A stretch of 64,000 nt of DNA from Squalus acanthias. Taxonomy: Eukaryota. The DNA is taken from contig JASTWF010000695.1 of assembly GCA_030390025.1 (NCBI GenBank), positions 1 to 64,000 on the forward strand, given 5' to 3'. A program made the translations under genes and the position numbers. Under the pieces are notes generated by a model. The model saw nothing but the letters and a program-made list of their open reading frames with translations. It did not search any database and had not been told where the DNA came from. The first letter of the stretch is position 1; each line of letters begins with the position of its first letter. This document shows positions 1-10,394 of this stretch, in pieces.

Positions 1-94
1 TTGAGGTCGATGATCAGCCATGATCTTATTGAATGGCAGAGCAGGCTCGAGAGCGGTATGGCCTAGTCTTGCTCCTATTTCTTATGTTCTTATA
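1..94 (+). mobile_element. 3' tail of CR1 LINE or CR1-related SINE
   Basis: gatcagccatgatc...gcaggctcga...tcttatgttcttat matches the CR1 tails at 26075-26173 and 53510-53605. Confidence 0.7.
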
Positions 95-215
95 TAACCT
101 CCTCTCTCACCTTGCCTGGGAATATCAACAGTCGGTTGGTGAGATTAAACAAGCAATCGTTCATCGTCAACTTGGAGCGGTGCCTGGACCACTCGCAAGG
201 CCCGAAACCATCAAT

Positions 216-487
216 CCCAGACCCCCCATCCATCACAATGTAGGCGGGGCTCCCAGACCCCCCATCCGTCACAATGTGGGCGGGGCTCCCAGACCCCCCA
301 TCCATCACAATGTGGGCTGGGCTCGCAGACCCCCCATCCATCACAATGTGGGCGGGGCTCCTAGACCCCTCATGTCACAATGTGGGCGGGGCTCCCTGAC
401 CCTCCATCCGTCACAATGTGGGCGGGGCTCCCTGATCCTCCATCCGTCACAATGTGGGCGGGGCTCCCAGACACCACATGTCACAAA
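216..487. repeat. 36-bp minisatellite, about 7.5 copies
   Basis: Unit cccagaccccccatccatcacaatgtgggcggggct; produces the 12-aa repeats in ORF 33..503. Confidence 0.9.
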
Positions 488-2335
488 CGTTTCAGGTCAA
501 TGACCCTCTCGTCAGAACTGGAAAAAGCTGGAGATTGAACAGGTTTTTAAGCAAGTGCAGGGGCAGAGAAAGGGGGGAGGGCAGGAAAGAACAAATGGGA
601 AGGTCTGTGATAGGGTGGTAGGCAGGAGAGATTAAGAGAGATTAAGAGATGGTGCATGACAAAAGGAGATGGTAATGGGACAAGTTAAGAAACGAAAGAT
701 GGCTCTAGATGAAGTGTAAATGGCATTGGCAGAATGAAAGACAGCTGCCATGTGGGAGAGAGAAAAAGATATATAAAATGAATGGAGAAAAAAAAGGATA
801 GGGGCCGAGGTTATGATCTGAAATTGTTGAACTCGATGTTGAGTCCAGAAGGCTGTAAAGTGCCTGATCGAAAGATGAGGTGCTGCTCCTCGAGCTTACG
901 TTAAGCTTCATTGGAACAGTGTAAGAGGCCGAGGACGGTGAGGTCTGAGTGGGAGTGCAGCGGAGAATTAAAGTGACAGGCGACCGGAAGCTCGGGGTCC
1001 CCCTTACAGACTGAACGGAGGTGTTCCACAAAGCAGTCACCCAATTTGCGTTTGCTCTCCCCATTGTAGAGGAGACCACATCGTGAGCAGCTAATACAGT
1101 ATATTAAATTGCAAGAAGTACAAGTAAATCTCTGTTTCACCTGGAAGGAGTGTTTGTGGCCCTGGACAGTGGGAAGGGAGGAGGTAAAAGGGCAGGTGTT
1201 GCATCTCCTGTGCTTGCACGGGAAGGTGCCGGGCGAAGGGGAAGGGGTGTTGGGGGTGATAGAGGAGTGGTCCAGGGTGTCGCGGAGGGAGCGGTCCCTG
1301 CGGAATTGTGAAAGGGGAGTTGAGGGGAAGATGTGTTTGGTGGTGGGATCACGCTGGAGGTGGCGGAAATGGCGGAGGATGATCTGTTGAATGTGGAGGC
1401 TGGTGAGGTGAAAGGTGAGGACAAGGGGAACCCTATCATGGTTCCAGGAGGGACGGGAAGGGGTGAGAGCAGAAGTGCGGGAAATAGAATGGACACGGTC
1501 AAGGGCCATGTCAACCACAGTGGAGGGGAATCCTCGGTTGAGGAAAAAGGAAGACATGTCGGAAGCTCTAGTATGGAAGGTGGCATCGTCAGAGCAGATG
1601 CGGCGGAGACGGAGAAACTGGGAGAATGGACTAGAGTCCTTACAGGAAGCAGGGTGGGAGCAAGTTTAGTCCAGGTATCTGTGTGAGTCAGTGGGCTTGT
1701 AGTGAATGTTTGTCAATAGCCTATCCCCAGAGATGGAGACAGAGAAGTCGAGGAAGGGAAGAGTCGCAGATGGACCATGTGAAGGTGAGCGAAGGTAGGA
1801 AATTGGAAGCAAAGTGAATGAAATTTTCTAGTTCAGGGCGAGAGCAGGAAACAGCACTGATACATCTCCTTTTGCCTTGCACCATCTCTTAATCTCTCTT
1901 AATGTCTCTTTATCTCTCCTGCCTTCCAATCTATCACAGACCTTCCCTTTTGTTCTTTCCTCCCCTCCCCCCTTTCCCCACCCCTGCACTTGTTTAAAAA
2001 CTTGTTCCATCTCCAGCTTTTTCCAGTTCTGACGAAGGGTCATCGACCTGAAACGTTAACTCTGTTTCTCTCTCCCTAGATGCTGCCTGACCTGCTGAGT
2101 ATTTCCAGGATTTTCTATTTTTATTTACTTAATCACTCCTGCCCTCCATCCTGTCACAGACCTTCAGCCTTTTGATCTTTTCATGCCCCCCTTTTCCCTG
2201 GCTCTTTAATTACTAAAAGCGGTTCATCTCTACCATTTTAAATTTCTGAAGATATCACTGACATGAAATGTTAACTGTTTCTCTTTGCACAGATGCTGCC
2301 TGACCTGCTGAATGGTTCCAGCATTTTCTGTTTTT
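486..2335 (-). mobile_element. Penelope-like element (PLE family A), 5'-truncated, with inverted pseudo-LTR
   Basis: ORF 901..1557 has GIY-YIG-type NLIYCISCSRCGLLYNGESKRKL. Region 486-650 is inverted at about 1870-2125. Hammerhead motif present in the terminal repeat. Confidence 0.85.
2025..2061 (+). ncRNA. Minimal type-I hammerhead ribozyme motif in PLE pLTR
   Basis: AGTT-CTGACGA-agggtc atc gacct-GAAAC-GTT-AACT: stem I AGTT/AACT, stem II hairpin, loopless palindromic stem III. Confidence 0.7.
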
Positions 2336-2349
2336 ATATTAATAATGTT

Positions 2350-2430
2350 GGCCCTCTGCTGGTGGTTATTTGCCATTGCATTGGTAATACTGTTGGGATA
2401 AGCATCGCCACCTGCTGGCGGACACTGCAC
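2350..2430 (-). promoter_or_regulatory. Two tandem CTCF-like motifs
   Basis: Minus strand CCACCAGCAGAGGGC (2351-2365) and TGCAGTGTCCGCCAGCAGGTGGCG (2406-2429, with an upstream TGCAG module). Confidence 0.6.
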
Positions 2431-2689
2431 GGCACAGTCGTTTTGCTGATTGAGTGACTATTGCTCTCTGCGGCTGAATAACTGAAATAATTAGCTTTTA
2501 AAATTAAAGCCCAAAAACAGTGGCCGTGAAACTCTGATCAGATTCTCCAGGTCTCCCGCATACGCCGAATTCCTAGGGACAGGTGTAGTGCAGTAAAACA
2601 ACATTGTGCTGAATCTAGGAATTGGTTTGTGTTTACAAATGGGACATAATAAAAACATGAACATCGACAAAGGCACAAATTTCAAACAT

Positions 2690-3257
2690 AATGTTTAATA
2701 AATGCATTTTTTATTTTTAAACGCTATGTACATCACCACTTCCAGTATGAAACTGCAGCTGTCTCTGTACATCGAGTATATGGCGGTGCAGGGAACAGTT
2801 AAAATAAAGGGAGATAAACAGACAGACCATTCATTTGACCCCCTGCGGGTTCTGAACCATCTTAAATGGAGTATGAACAAGTGAAGCGGTTACAAAATGA
2901 AGTTCATATAAACCCTTCAACAATAAACAGAGGTTCTTAATCTCTGTTACAGAGTTGATTAATCCACGCAGAGCAGTGTCTTACAGTATTAATATAGACA
3001 GAGCAATGATCCGAATACATTCTTTCTGTTTTATAATTTTTAATTAAGCAGAACGCAGCCAAAATACAGAGAAAAGCTAAATGAATGTATTTCAAAACAA
3101 ATTAACATGGCGATTGTTTAAAATAAAGTGATGTTTATATCTTGTTCACACTGTTGGAAAAGTTAGTGGACATTCTCTCAGATTTCACACAGAATATTTC
3201 CCGCTACTCTGTGAAAGACCCGGGACATCGCATCCGGGATTTTCCGCTGACTTTTAC
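2690..3257 (-). other. Terminal exon: stop codon (TAA 3256-3254) and 3'UTR with poly(A) signals
   Basis: Acceptor tttttcctttcag|G-TAA completes CGG then stop. Minus-strand AATAAA at 2710-2715 and ATTAAA at 2694-2699. Confidence 0.65.
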
Positions 3258-3668
3258 CTGAAAGGAAAAAACAAACACCTTGACAGAGAGAGAGGATTAA
3301 ACAATTCCCACCAACACACGATACAATCAAATGGAGTCTTTTTCACTACTCAGAATATTCTCTCTGATATTTCACTTCAATTAGCCTTTTATTTAAATAA
3401 TAAATAAACAACATCTTCTCTCTGATAGTTTCAGTCTCATTTGCCGTTAAACCCACTCCCCACAATCACAGAATTGAATTAATTACAGCCAGTATAATGG
3501 GGTATTTATTTCAACAGTAAATACACAGCATGTTCTCTCTGCTAGTTTCAGTATCACTAACGGTTGAACACACTGCCCATTGTCACACAGTAGAATCCAC
3601 CCGGGACTGGACACTTCCCCAGCACTGGGGCACAAACAATGCAACAGATAATAAAACATTGCTCTTAC

Positions 3669-3825
3669 CGGCTTGACGTAGATGTAAAATTTTTAACCAC
3701 ACAGTCACTGCCCATCGGTGGCGGAATGTCCGGGGTTGTGAACGTGTCACAGTGAACATGGTCATTGTTACCAGGAGTGGAAGGAACCGGTAAACCGGGA
3801 TCAGTGCGGGTCTGAGTGCTGTACA
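3669..3825 (-). CDS. Cytoplasmic exon 4
   Basis: tctcccacag|VYSTQTRTDPGLPVPSTPGNNDHVHCDTFTTPDIPPPMGSDCVVKNFTSTSS(R)|gtaaga; 157 nt. Confidence 0.75.
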
Positions 3826-4274
3826 CTGTGGGAGAGACAGATTATGGATTAATGATGGCATTAAAACCCGCATCAGTGTGGGTCATATATATCTGTCAAT
3901 TTGGTGAAGGGGCTGGACTTTGTTGGTCTGTGAGTGGAAGAGAATTGTTTTCTACCCACCCCCGTGCTGTGTTTGACCGCTGGGTGACAGCAGACGAGGT
4001 GCATCTAATATCCGAGAATCGGGCGGTTCAGTTTGAGCACTGGAATGATTCCTGGTGCGAGTATTAACAAGGAAGATAATCCACACTGAACAGCATCAGG
4101 ATCTCTTTTCTACAACATCTCTTTTCTAGAACACTTCATTTCCTGTAATCACAACATGAACTTAAACCAACCATCGCTCTGTGTCACCGCCGATTGAAAG
4201 GGAATTTAAAACCGCGCCAGTCCATTCCTACACAGAGGGCTGGTGACTGCGGGAATGTCAGAGATGTAACTCAC

Positions 4275-4406
4275 CGAGAGTCGAGAGATCACCGCCGGCA
4301 CTTCTGAGTGTGAGGAGATCATCAGGACCACCGTCCAGCAGAAAGTGACCGCCCTGAGTGTCAGTGACTCCAGTCTCAACATCGTCATAATCGCCCGGAA
4401 CCGGAC
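4275..4406 (-). CDS. Cytoplasmic exon 3 with DYDDV motif
   Basis: GPVPGDYDDVETGVTDTQGGHFLLDGGPDDLLTLRSAGGDLSTL; 132 nt; cctcccag|...|gtgagt. Confidence 0.85.
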
Positions 4407-4900
4407 CTGGGAGGAAATAGAGATTTCCACTGAAACCAAATGCCAGCGCTGAGTACTCAGAATGATATTATTATAAATCAATCTACCCGGGCCTTGCAGG
4501 ACGGGAGAGTGGACCAATGTGGTCTTCGGGTGAAGTGGGGTATCTGGGGGAATGATTGGACCGTGTCGTGTCGAGGTAGTTTAGTCTCCGTTTTAAAGTC
4601 ACACATATCGCACTGCATCACCCACCCAACCTGCACACACATTTCACATTTCACGGCCCATAGAGCCGTGTGAGGAAACACAATGAATTGGATGTTTCTT
4701 TCCATTACATCGATATGATTTTATTTCAAATCAAAAGTATTTCCACAATATTTTGTAACTGAAATCATTGTCCAGTACTACGGATCCTTGGCAGTGTCAG
4801 TTTTCGGCGATTTAACTGCTGATGTCTTTAGTTGTTGGTTTTAGGTGGTAGAGAGCTTGAAGTCCAAAAAAGAGATCGTAGGAAGTAAAAATGTACCCAC

Positions 4901-5011
4901 CCTGAAAACTGGAGGAGTTCCCTTCAGGATTTTCTGATCCCGGATCAGTGTCACCCAAAATGTCACTGGTGTAATATTCGATCTGATTGAGGGAGTCAAT
5001 GGAACCCGAAA
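4901..5011 (-). CDS. Cytoplasmic exon 2b (tandem duplicate of 2a)
   Basis: VSGSIDSLNQIEYYTSDILGDTDPGSENPEGNSSSFQ; 111 nt; same splice sites as 2a. Confidence 0.8.
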
Positions 5012-5344
5012 CTGTCAAACACAAAAAATGGATGGTTATTGGAGAGATTGATCAGGAGCAGACAACTACCTTCATCGTCCCTGTGACAATATCCTGGAAT
5101 TTGGTAACTGACACCATTGTGGGAGATCATTCACTACAAGGACCGCAGTGGTTCAGAGGAAGGCCCACCACTACCTTATCAGGGCAACTAGGGATGGACC
5201 ATAAATGTCGGCCCTCCCAGCAGTCAGACACAATAATGTACAGTCCAAGAAAACAGGTAATATCTCAGGTATCAGAGCAGAGAAAATATGTACAACATAG
5301 TCGATTAGTACAGAGAGAGTGAGCGGGGTTACCTGATCATTATC

Positions 5345-6925
5345 ACCTTTGGACACGACAGCGGAACATCCAGCCCAGTCAACAATGCAAAGTCCACCTC
5401 ATTAACATCTGGGGATTGTGCCAAATTGGGAGAGCTGTCCTACAGACTAGCAAGCAACAGCCTGACATAGTCATACTCACAGAATCATACCTTTACGCCA
5501 ATGTCCCAGACTCCACCATCACCATCCCTGGGTATGTCTTGTCCTGGGAGGACACACTGACCAGAAGTGATGGTACAGTGCTATACAGTCGGGAGGGAGT
5601 GGCAATGGGAGTGCTGAACATTGACTCCAGAACCATGAAGTCTTATGGCTTCAGGTCGAGCACGGACAAGGAAATCTGCTGATGATTCGCACCTACTACC
5701 CTCCCTCAGCTGCTGAATCAGTACTCCTCCATGTTGAACATCACTTGGAAGAAGCACTATGGACAGCAAGGGTACAGAATTTACAGAATCAACGGTTCAG
5801 ATCAAAGCTCTGCAGTCCTGCCACATCCAGTAGTGAATGTTGGTGGATAATTAAACAACTAATGGGAGGAAGAGGGTTCATCAATATCCCCATCCCCAAT
5901 GATGGGGGAGCCCAGCAAGCGAGTGCAAAAGACAAGACTGAAGCATTTGCAACCATCTTCAGCCAGAAGTGCCGAGTGGATAATCCATATCGGCCTGCTC
6001 CTGAGGTCCCCACCATCACAGAAGCCAGTCTTCAGCCAATTCAATTCACTCCACGTGATATCAGGAAACGGCTGAGTGCACTGCATACAGCAAAGGCTAT
6101 TGGTTCTAACAACATCCTGGCTGAAGACCTGTGCTCCAGAACTGGCCGCACCTCTAGCCAAGCTGTTCCAGTACAGCGACAAAACTGGCATCTACCCGAC
6201 AATGTGGAAAAATGCCCAGGTATGAACTGTTCACAAAAAGCAGGACAAATCCAATCCGGCCAATTACCACCCCATCAGTCTACTCTCAATCATCAGCAAA
6301 GTAATGGAAGATGTCACCACTGACCAGTCACATAAATACTATGGATACAAGAGCAGATCAGAGGCTGGTACATCTGCGGCGAGTGTCTCATTTCCTGACT
6401 CCCCAAAGCCTTTCCACCATCTATAAGGCACAAGTCAGGATTGTGATGGAATGCTCTCCACTTGCCTGGAAACATGCAGCTCCTACAACACTCAAGAAGA
6501 TCGACATCATCGAGTACAATGCAGCCCGATTGATCGGCACCCCATCCAGCACATTATAGATTCACTCCCTCCACCACCAGCGTACCGTGGCTGCTGTGTG
6601 TACCTTCTACAAGATGCACTGCAGCAACTCGCCAAGGTTCTTCAGCAGCACCTCCCAAACCCGCGACCTCTACCACCTAGAAGGACAAGGCCAGCATGCA
6701 CCTGGGACCACCATCACCTGCAAGTTCCCCTCCAAGTTGCACACCATTCTGACATGGGAATATATCAACATTCCTTCATCGTCGTTGGGTCAAAATCCTG
6801 TAACTCCCTCCGTAACAGCACTGTGGGAGCACTCTCACCACAGGGACTCCAGCGGTTCAAGAAGGCGCCTCACCACCACCTTCTCAAGCGCAATTGGGGG
6901 TGTGCAATAAATGCCGGCTTTGCCA
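5345..6925 (+). mobile_element. Internally deleted CR1/L2-group LINE (family B)
   Basis: APE fragment KQQPDIVILTESYL and RT C-terminal LSTIYKAQVR; same family as 61512-64000. Confidence 0.8.
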
Positions 6926-7157
6926 GTAAATCCAGGAACGAAAAAAATTACATTACAGCATTGGGGGAAATTGACATGATTTTGGTTCAAATCCCAATTA
7001 TTTCTACAATATTTTGTAACTAAAATCACTGTCCGGTACGACGGGTCCTTGGCAGTGTCATTCATCGGCAAGTAAGCTCTGTTATCTTTAGTTGGTTTTC
7101 GGTAGTAGAAAGTGTGAAGTCCAAAAAAGAGATCGTATGAAGTAAAAATGTACCCAC

Positions 7158-7268
7158 CCTGAATACTGGAGGAGTTCCCTTCAGGATTTCCTGATCCCGG
7201 GTCAGTGTCACCCAAAATGTCACTGGTGTAATATTCAATCTGATTGAGGGAGTCAATGGAACCAGAAA
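7158..7268 (-). CDS. Cytoplasmic exon 2a
   Basis: VSGSIDSLNQIEYYTSDILGDTDPGSGNPEGNSSSIQ; 111 nt phase 1-1. Confidence 0.8.
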
Positions 7269-7795
7269 CTGTCAAACACAAATAATGGACGGTTATTGGA
7301 GAGATTGTTCAGGACATCTGAGCAGACAACATAATGGCCCCAATATTCGGGGCCCTATGAGCGTAAAACAGATCGTTAAAGGAAAGACAATAAGTGGAGG
7401 AATGAAGATGGTTTCAATCGATCTGTGACTTCATGTCATGTTTGAGTGAATATTACAATCAGCCGATGCGTTTATTATTCCTGGGCTCAGATATCTGAGG
7501 GAGTCCGTGTGGAGCCGGGTGGGAAATGGAAACAGCGACTCTGCTCGCTATTTACAACCAAACCGAAAACCCGCTCTTTGAGCAATACCGACCAGTGGGA
7601 ATCTTCCCAAACCATTGCTGGTCTCACTATACACACGGACACAGAGACACTCTCACTGTGATAGGACTCCTTCACATGGGGACAGTGAGCGGACTGCTGA
7701 CCGTGTCCAGTCAGTACATTCACCATTAAAAGGGCTATTTAAGGGGAGGCGACATTTGTCCAGTGAAGATTCGATATCAAACGGAAAATACAGAC

Positions 7796-7903
7796 CTGAA
7801 CCCTGGGGCTGAGCGGAATTCTCGCCGGGTGGAATATTCTCAATCTCTTCATAAATTGCTTGGTACAAACCAGCAGGTGACTCCCTGCCGCGAGTGACAG
7901 CAC
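7796..7903 (-). CDS. Cytoplasmic exon 1 with AIYEEI motif
   Basis: GAVTRGRESPAGLYQAIYEEIENIPPGENSAQPQGS; 108 nt; canonical sites. Confidence 0.85.
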
Positions 7904-8869
7904 CTGTTGGAGGGAGGGCGGGGAGATTAACATTTTGATTCACTCCACGCGCGTTTCACAGGAATTCATCAGCGAATAAATCCAACTAACAGATATAGTG
8001 ATAGTCAAGGGCCAGAATTAGTTAGCGTGAATGTGGAGGAGTCTAGTTGTGTGTGTGATTCCGTGTGTGTGTCTGTGTCTCTGGATAGACACATGTTCAC
8101 CTCCAGCAGACTGCGGCCAGTTGTATTGACCTCCGGAAGACGGAATGAGGGGGTATCAGGAGAAATGAGCTCCAGTTGATCGCTCGGTTACGGGGCCACA
8201 CAGGGAGTTCAGCTGAAGAGAAGCTGGGTGAAGTTGACTGATCTCTGCGGACAGCATCAGTTTGGAAGCGCGAGTGAGGAGCTGATGGTTCTTTGGCATG
8301 TCCCGTCAGTGTGAGAGGAGCCTTGCTGTGTACACAGAGCAGGAGTGTATTGGGTGGTGAGATATGAGTGGAATATGTGTTGGGATGTAGAATAATCACC
8401 GGAGAATGCAGAAAGTCCGATAAAACTGGCACCTCTCTAAATGGTGGACAGAAAGCGGTCAGAGAGTTCGAGATTGGGCATCCGGACCCAGAAACTGAAG
8501 GGGTGGAACGGATACCCAATGGATAAAGGAAGAATAACAGACCAATAAATAACTGAGCGCACAGCCCAAACAGTTCAATAAACTTTCTGTCCCATTGTTG
8601 CAGCAAGTAAATTATTCTGGAATCTCATGTACCGGCTGATGAACTGGGACAGTGAATGTGGACACTTTAAATAACACTCCATTTTAAATGTCCAATTTTA
8701 CTAATTCGGGCAGCACATTGAATGGATCAATTCGCCAAAAGCGGATTCAGATTTATTTCGAACAATACCACGTGACACTCTATGGAAAAGTGCAATGAAC
8801 TGGAGACTCGCCAGGATATGAAGCGATCTGAGATCAAGTGTTAGTTCAGCGGTAAGATTTGAGCCTCAC

Positions 8870-8986
8870 CTCTTCTTGTTGATTTTCTCTGTATTACCGC
8901 CATCAGTGCGATCAGCTCACAGATTAGAAGGACTCCGAGGGTTATGCAGACGGCAACAGGGATGGATGTGGTTTTACCTCCCTGTC
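8870..8986 (-). CDS. Transmembrane exon GQGGKTTSIPVAVCITLGVLLICELIALMAVIQRKSTRR
   Basis: Hydrophobic stretch followed by basic stop-transfer residues; 117 nt; donor GAG|gtgagg. Confidence 0.85.
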
Positions 8987-9178
8987 CTTAATCACAAGAT
9001 TACAGAAAGATTTAACACAAACACAGTCCGCCTTATATTTAAAAAATGTTCCAGTCAATTTAAAACCGCTCACATTATCTTCAGAAATGAACAAAATCAA
9101 GAAAATGTCAATAACACCAATTCCACTAATACGAACGCTAACATTAACACTAATAATAGTACTAATAATGGTCAGTAC

Positions 9179-9220
9179 CTGCAGGTGTGGACGGAGAAGC
9201 AGCAGGAGGCAAATCGAGTT
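9179..9220 (-). CDS. Pro/Ser/Thr stalk mini-exon ELDLPPAASPSTPA
   Basis: ttccacag|...CAG|gtactg; 42 nt phase 1-1. Confidence 0.8.
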
Positions 9221-9355
9221 CTGTGGAATATATTGTACAAACATTTCTTAAACTTCAAACATTAGGATTTTGCATTAAAAATATAAACGTTGTTCTTATT
9301 TTCCGAAATCCATGAGTCATGTTCACAGAACGAGGAAATCCCCTGCGACCCTTAC

Positions 9356-9673
9356 CGGAACAAATCACACTGGCATCTTCCTTGTGATCACAGTCATGTT
9401 GACCTGGCGGTGAGGAACGACAGTCGGACAGAAAGGATTCACTTCCGGTGCACTTCACCTCATCCAGCCAGATAAGACCGGCACCCTGGGCAATTGCGGC
9501 CCCTCCTGCGGCCAATAGAGCGGGGCCGCAACCCAGCTGTCTGCAGACAACATTGGCATCGGCCATATCCCAGGAGTCATCACACACCGTGCCCCAGCTG
9601 TGATTGGACAATATCTCCACTCTCCCGGAGCAGTTGGTGTTGCCTCCAACCAGGCGCAACAGTTGTCCCGAGT
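9356..9673 (-). CDS. SRCR domain 7 exon (membrane-proximal)
   Basis: [36 protein letters not shown]...EDASVICS; 318 nt; donor gtaagg. Confidence 0.92.
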
Positions 9674-9761
9674 CTATCAAATAGAATCGTTTATTGTTAT
9701 TTATTTAGTACAAGCCTGGAACACAAGTCAGATAGTTGGTATAATGAAGAGGAGGAAGCAC

Positions 9762-9839
9762 CTGGTGAATGTCCATGTTTAGAATCAGATTCTCGAACGC
9801 AGTCCCTTGAACTTTGGGATCTCTCCGGCACTTTGGCTT
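9762..9839 (-). CDS. Inter-domain linker exon EAKVPERSQSSRDCVRESDSKHGHSP
   Basis: Acceptor ttctcaacag; 78 nt phase 1-1. The donor CAG|gtgctt is weak, so the 3' end is uncertain. Confidence 0.6.
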
Positions 9840-9922
9840 CTGTTGAGAAGAGAAATATGCTGACTGTATTGGACATCAATGTTTGAAATAACACCCGCAC
9901 ATTGAGAGGTTCCTTGTGTTAC

Positions 9923-10240
9923 CTGAACAAACAACACCTGCATCCTCCCTGTGATGACAGTCGTGTTCCCCCCACGGGTCTGTCTGACACTGCCAAAGGA
10001 AGGACTCGTGTGATTTGCACTCCATCTCATCGAGCCAAATGGGTCCGGACCCCGCTCCGAATAACCGAGTGTCATAATCAATAGATATGAGGGGGCCGCA
10101 ATATAACTGTTTACAGATCATTTCTGCATCATGTCGATCCAGTTTATCCGAGCACACAGTTCCCCAGGTCCCATTGTAGAACACTTCCACTCTTCCCTCA
10201 CAGCGATGCTTTCCGTTCACCAGCCGCATCTCTTTGTGCT
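9923..10240 (-). CDS. SRCR domain 6 exon
   Basis: EHKEMRLVNGKHRCEGRVEVFYNGTWGTVCSD...EDAGVVCS; 318 nt. Confidence 0.93.
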
Positions 10241-10394
10241 CTGTCAATGAAACAAGAATATCCAGGTTGTTCGATTGATAACTCGCTGTGTGTTCATGCT
10301 GCACAACACATGTTGCACCGGTTTGTTCACTAGTGTCGATAATTATTTCAGAAATTTAATAGAAATTCAGCTAGAAATCGAACATAAAACAAAC

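Noticed and set aside
216-487. CRISPR-like 36-bp repeats
   Set aside because: Contiguous units without unique spacers, vertebrate context, no cas genes.
33-503. 156-aa ORF with hydrophobic start and Pro/His repeats
   Set aside because: Read-through of a CR1 tail and a 36-bp minisatellite; no evidence it is a gene.
3900-4142. Possible exon starting at acceptor 4143
   Set aside because: Immediate TAG in phase 1 and no matching donor.
8097-8606. 169-aa minus ORF or possible extra cytoplasmic exon
   Set aside because: The acceptors tested give in-frame stops in phase 1; no recognisable domain.
8942-9244. Hydrophobic ORF as the TM segment
   Set aside because: Wrong frame and mostly intronic; the TM exon is 8870-8986.
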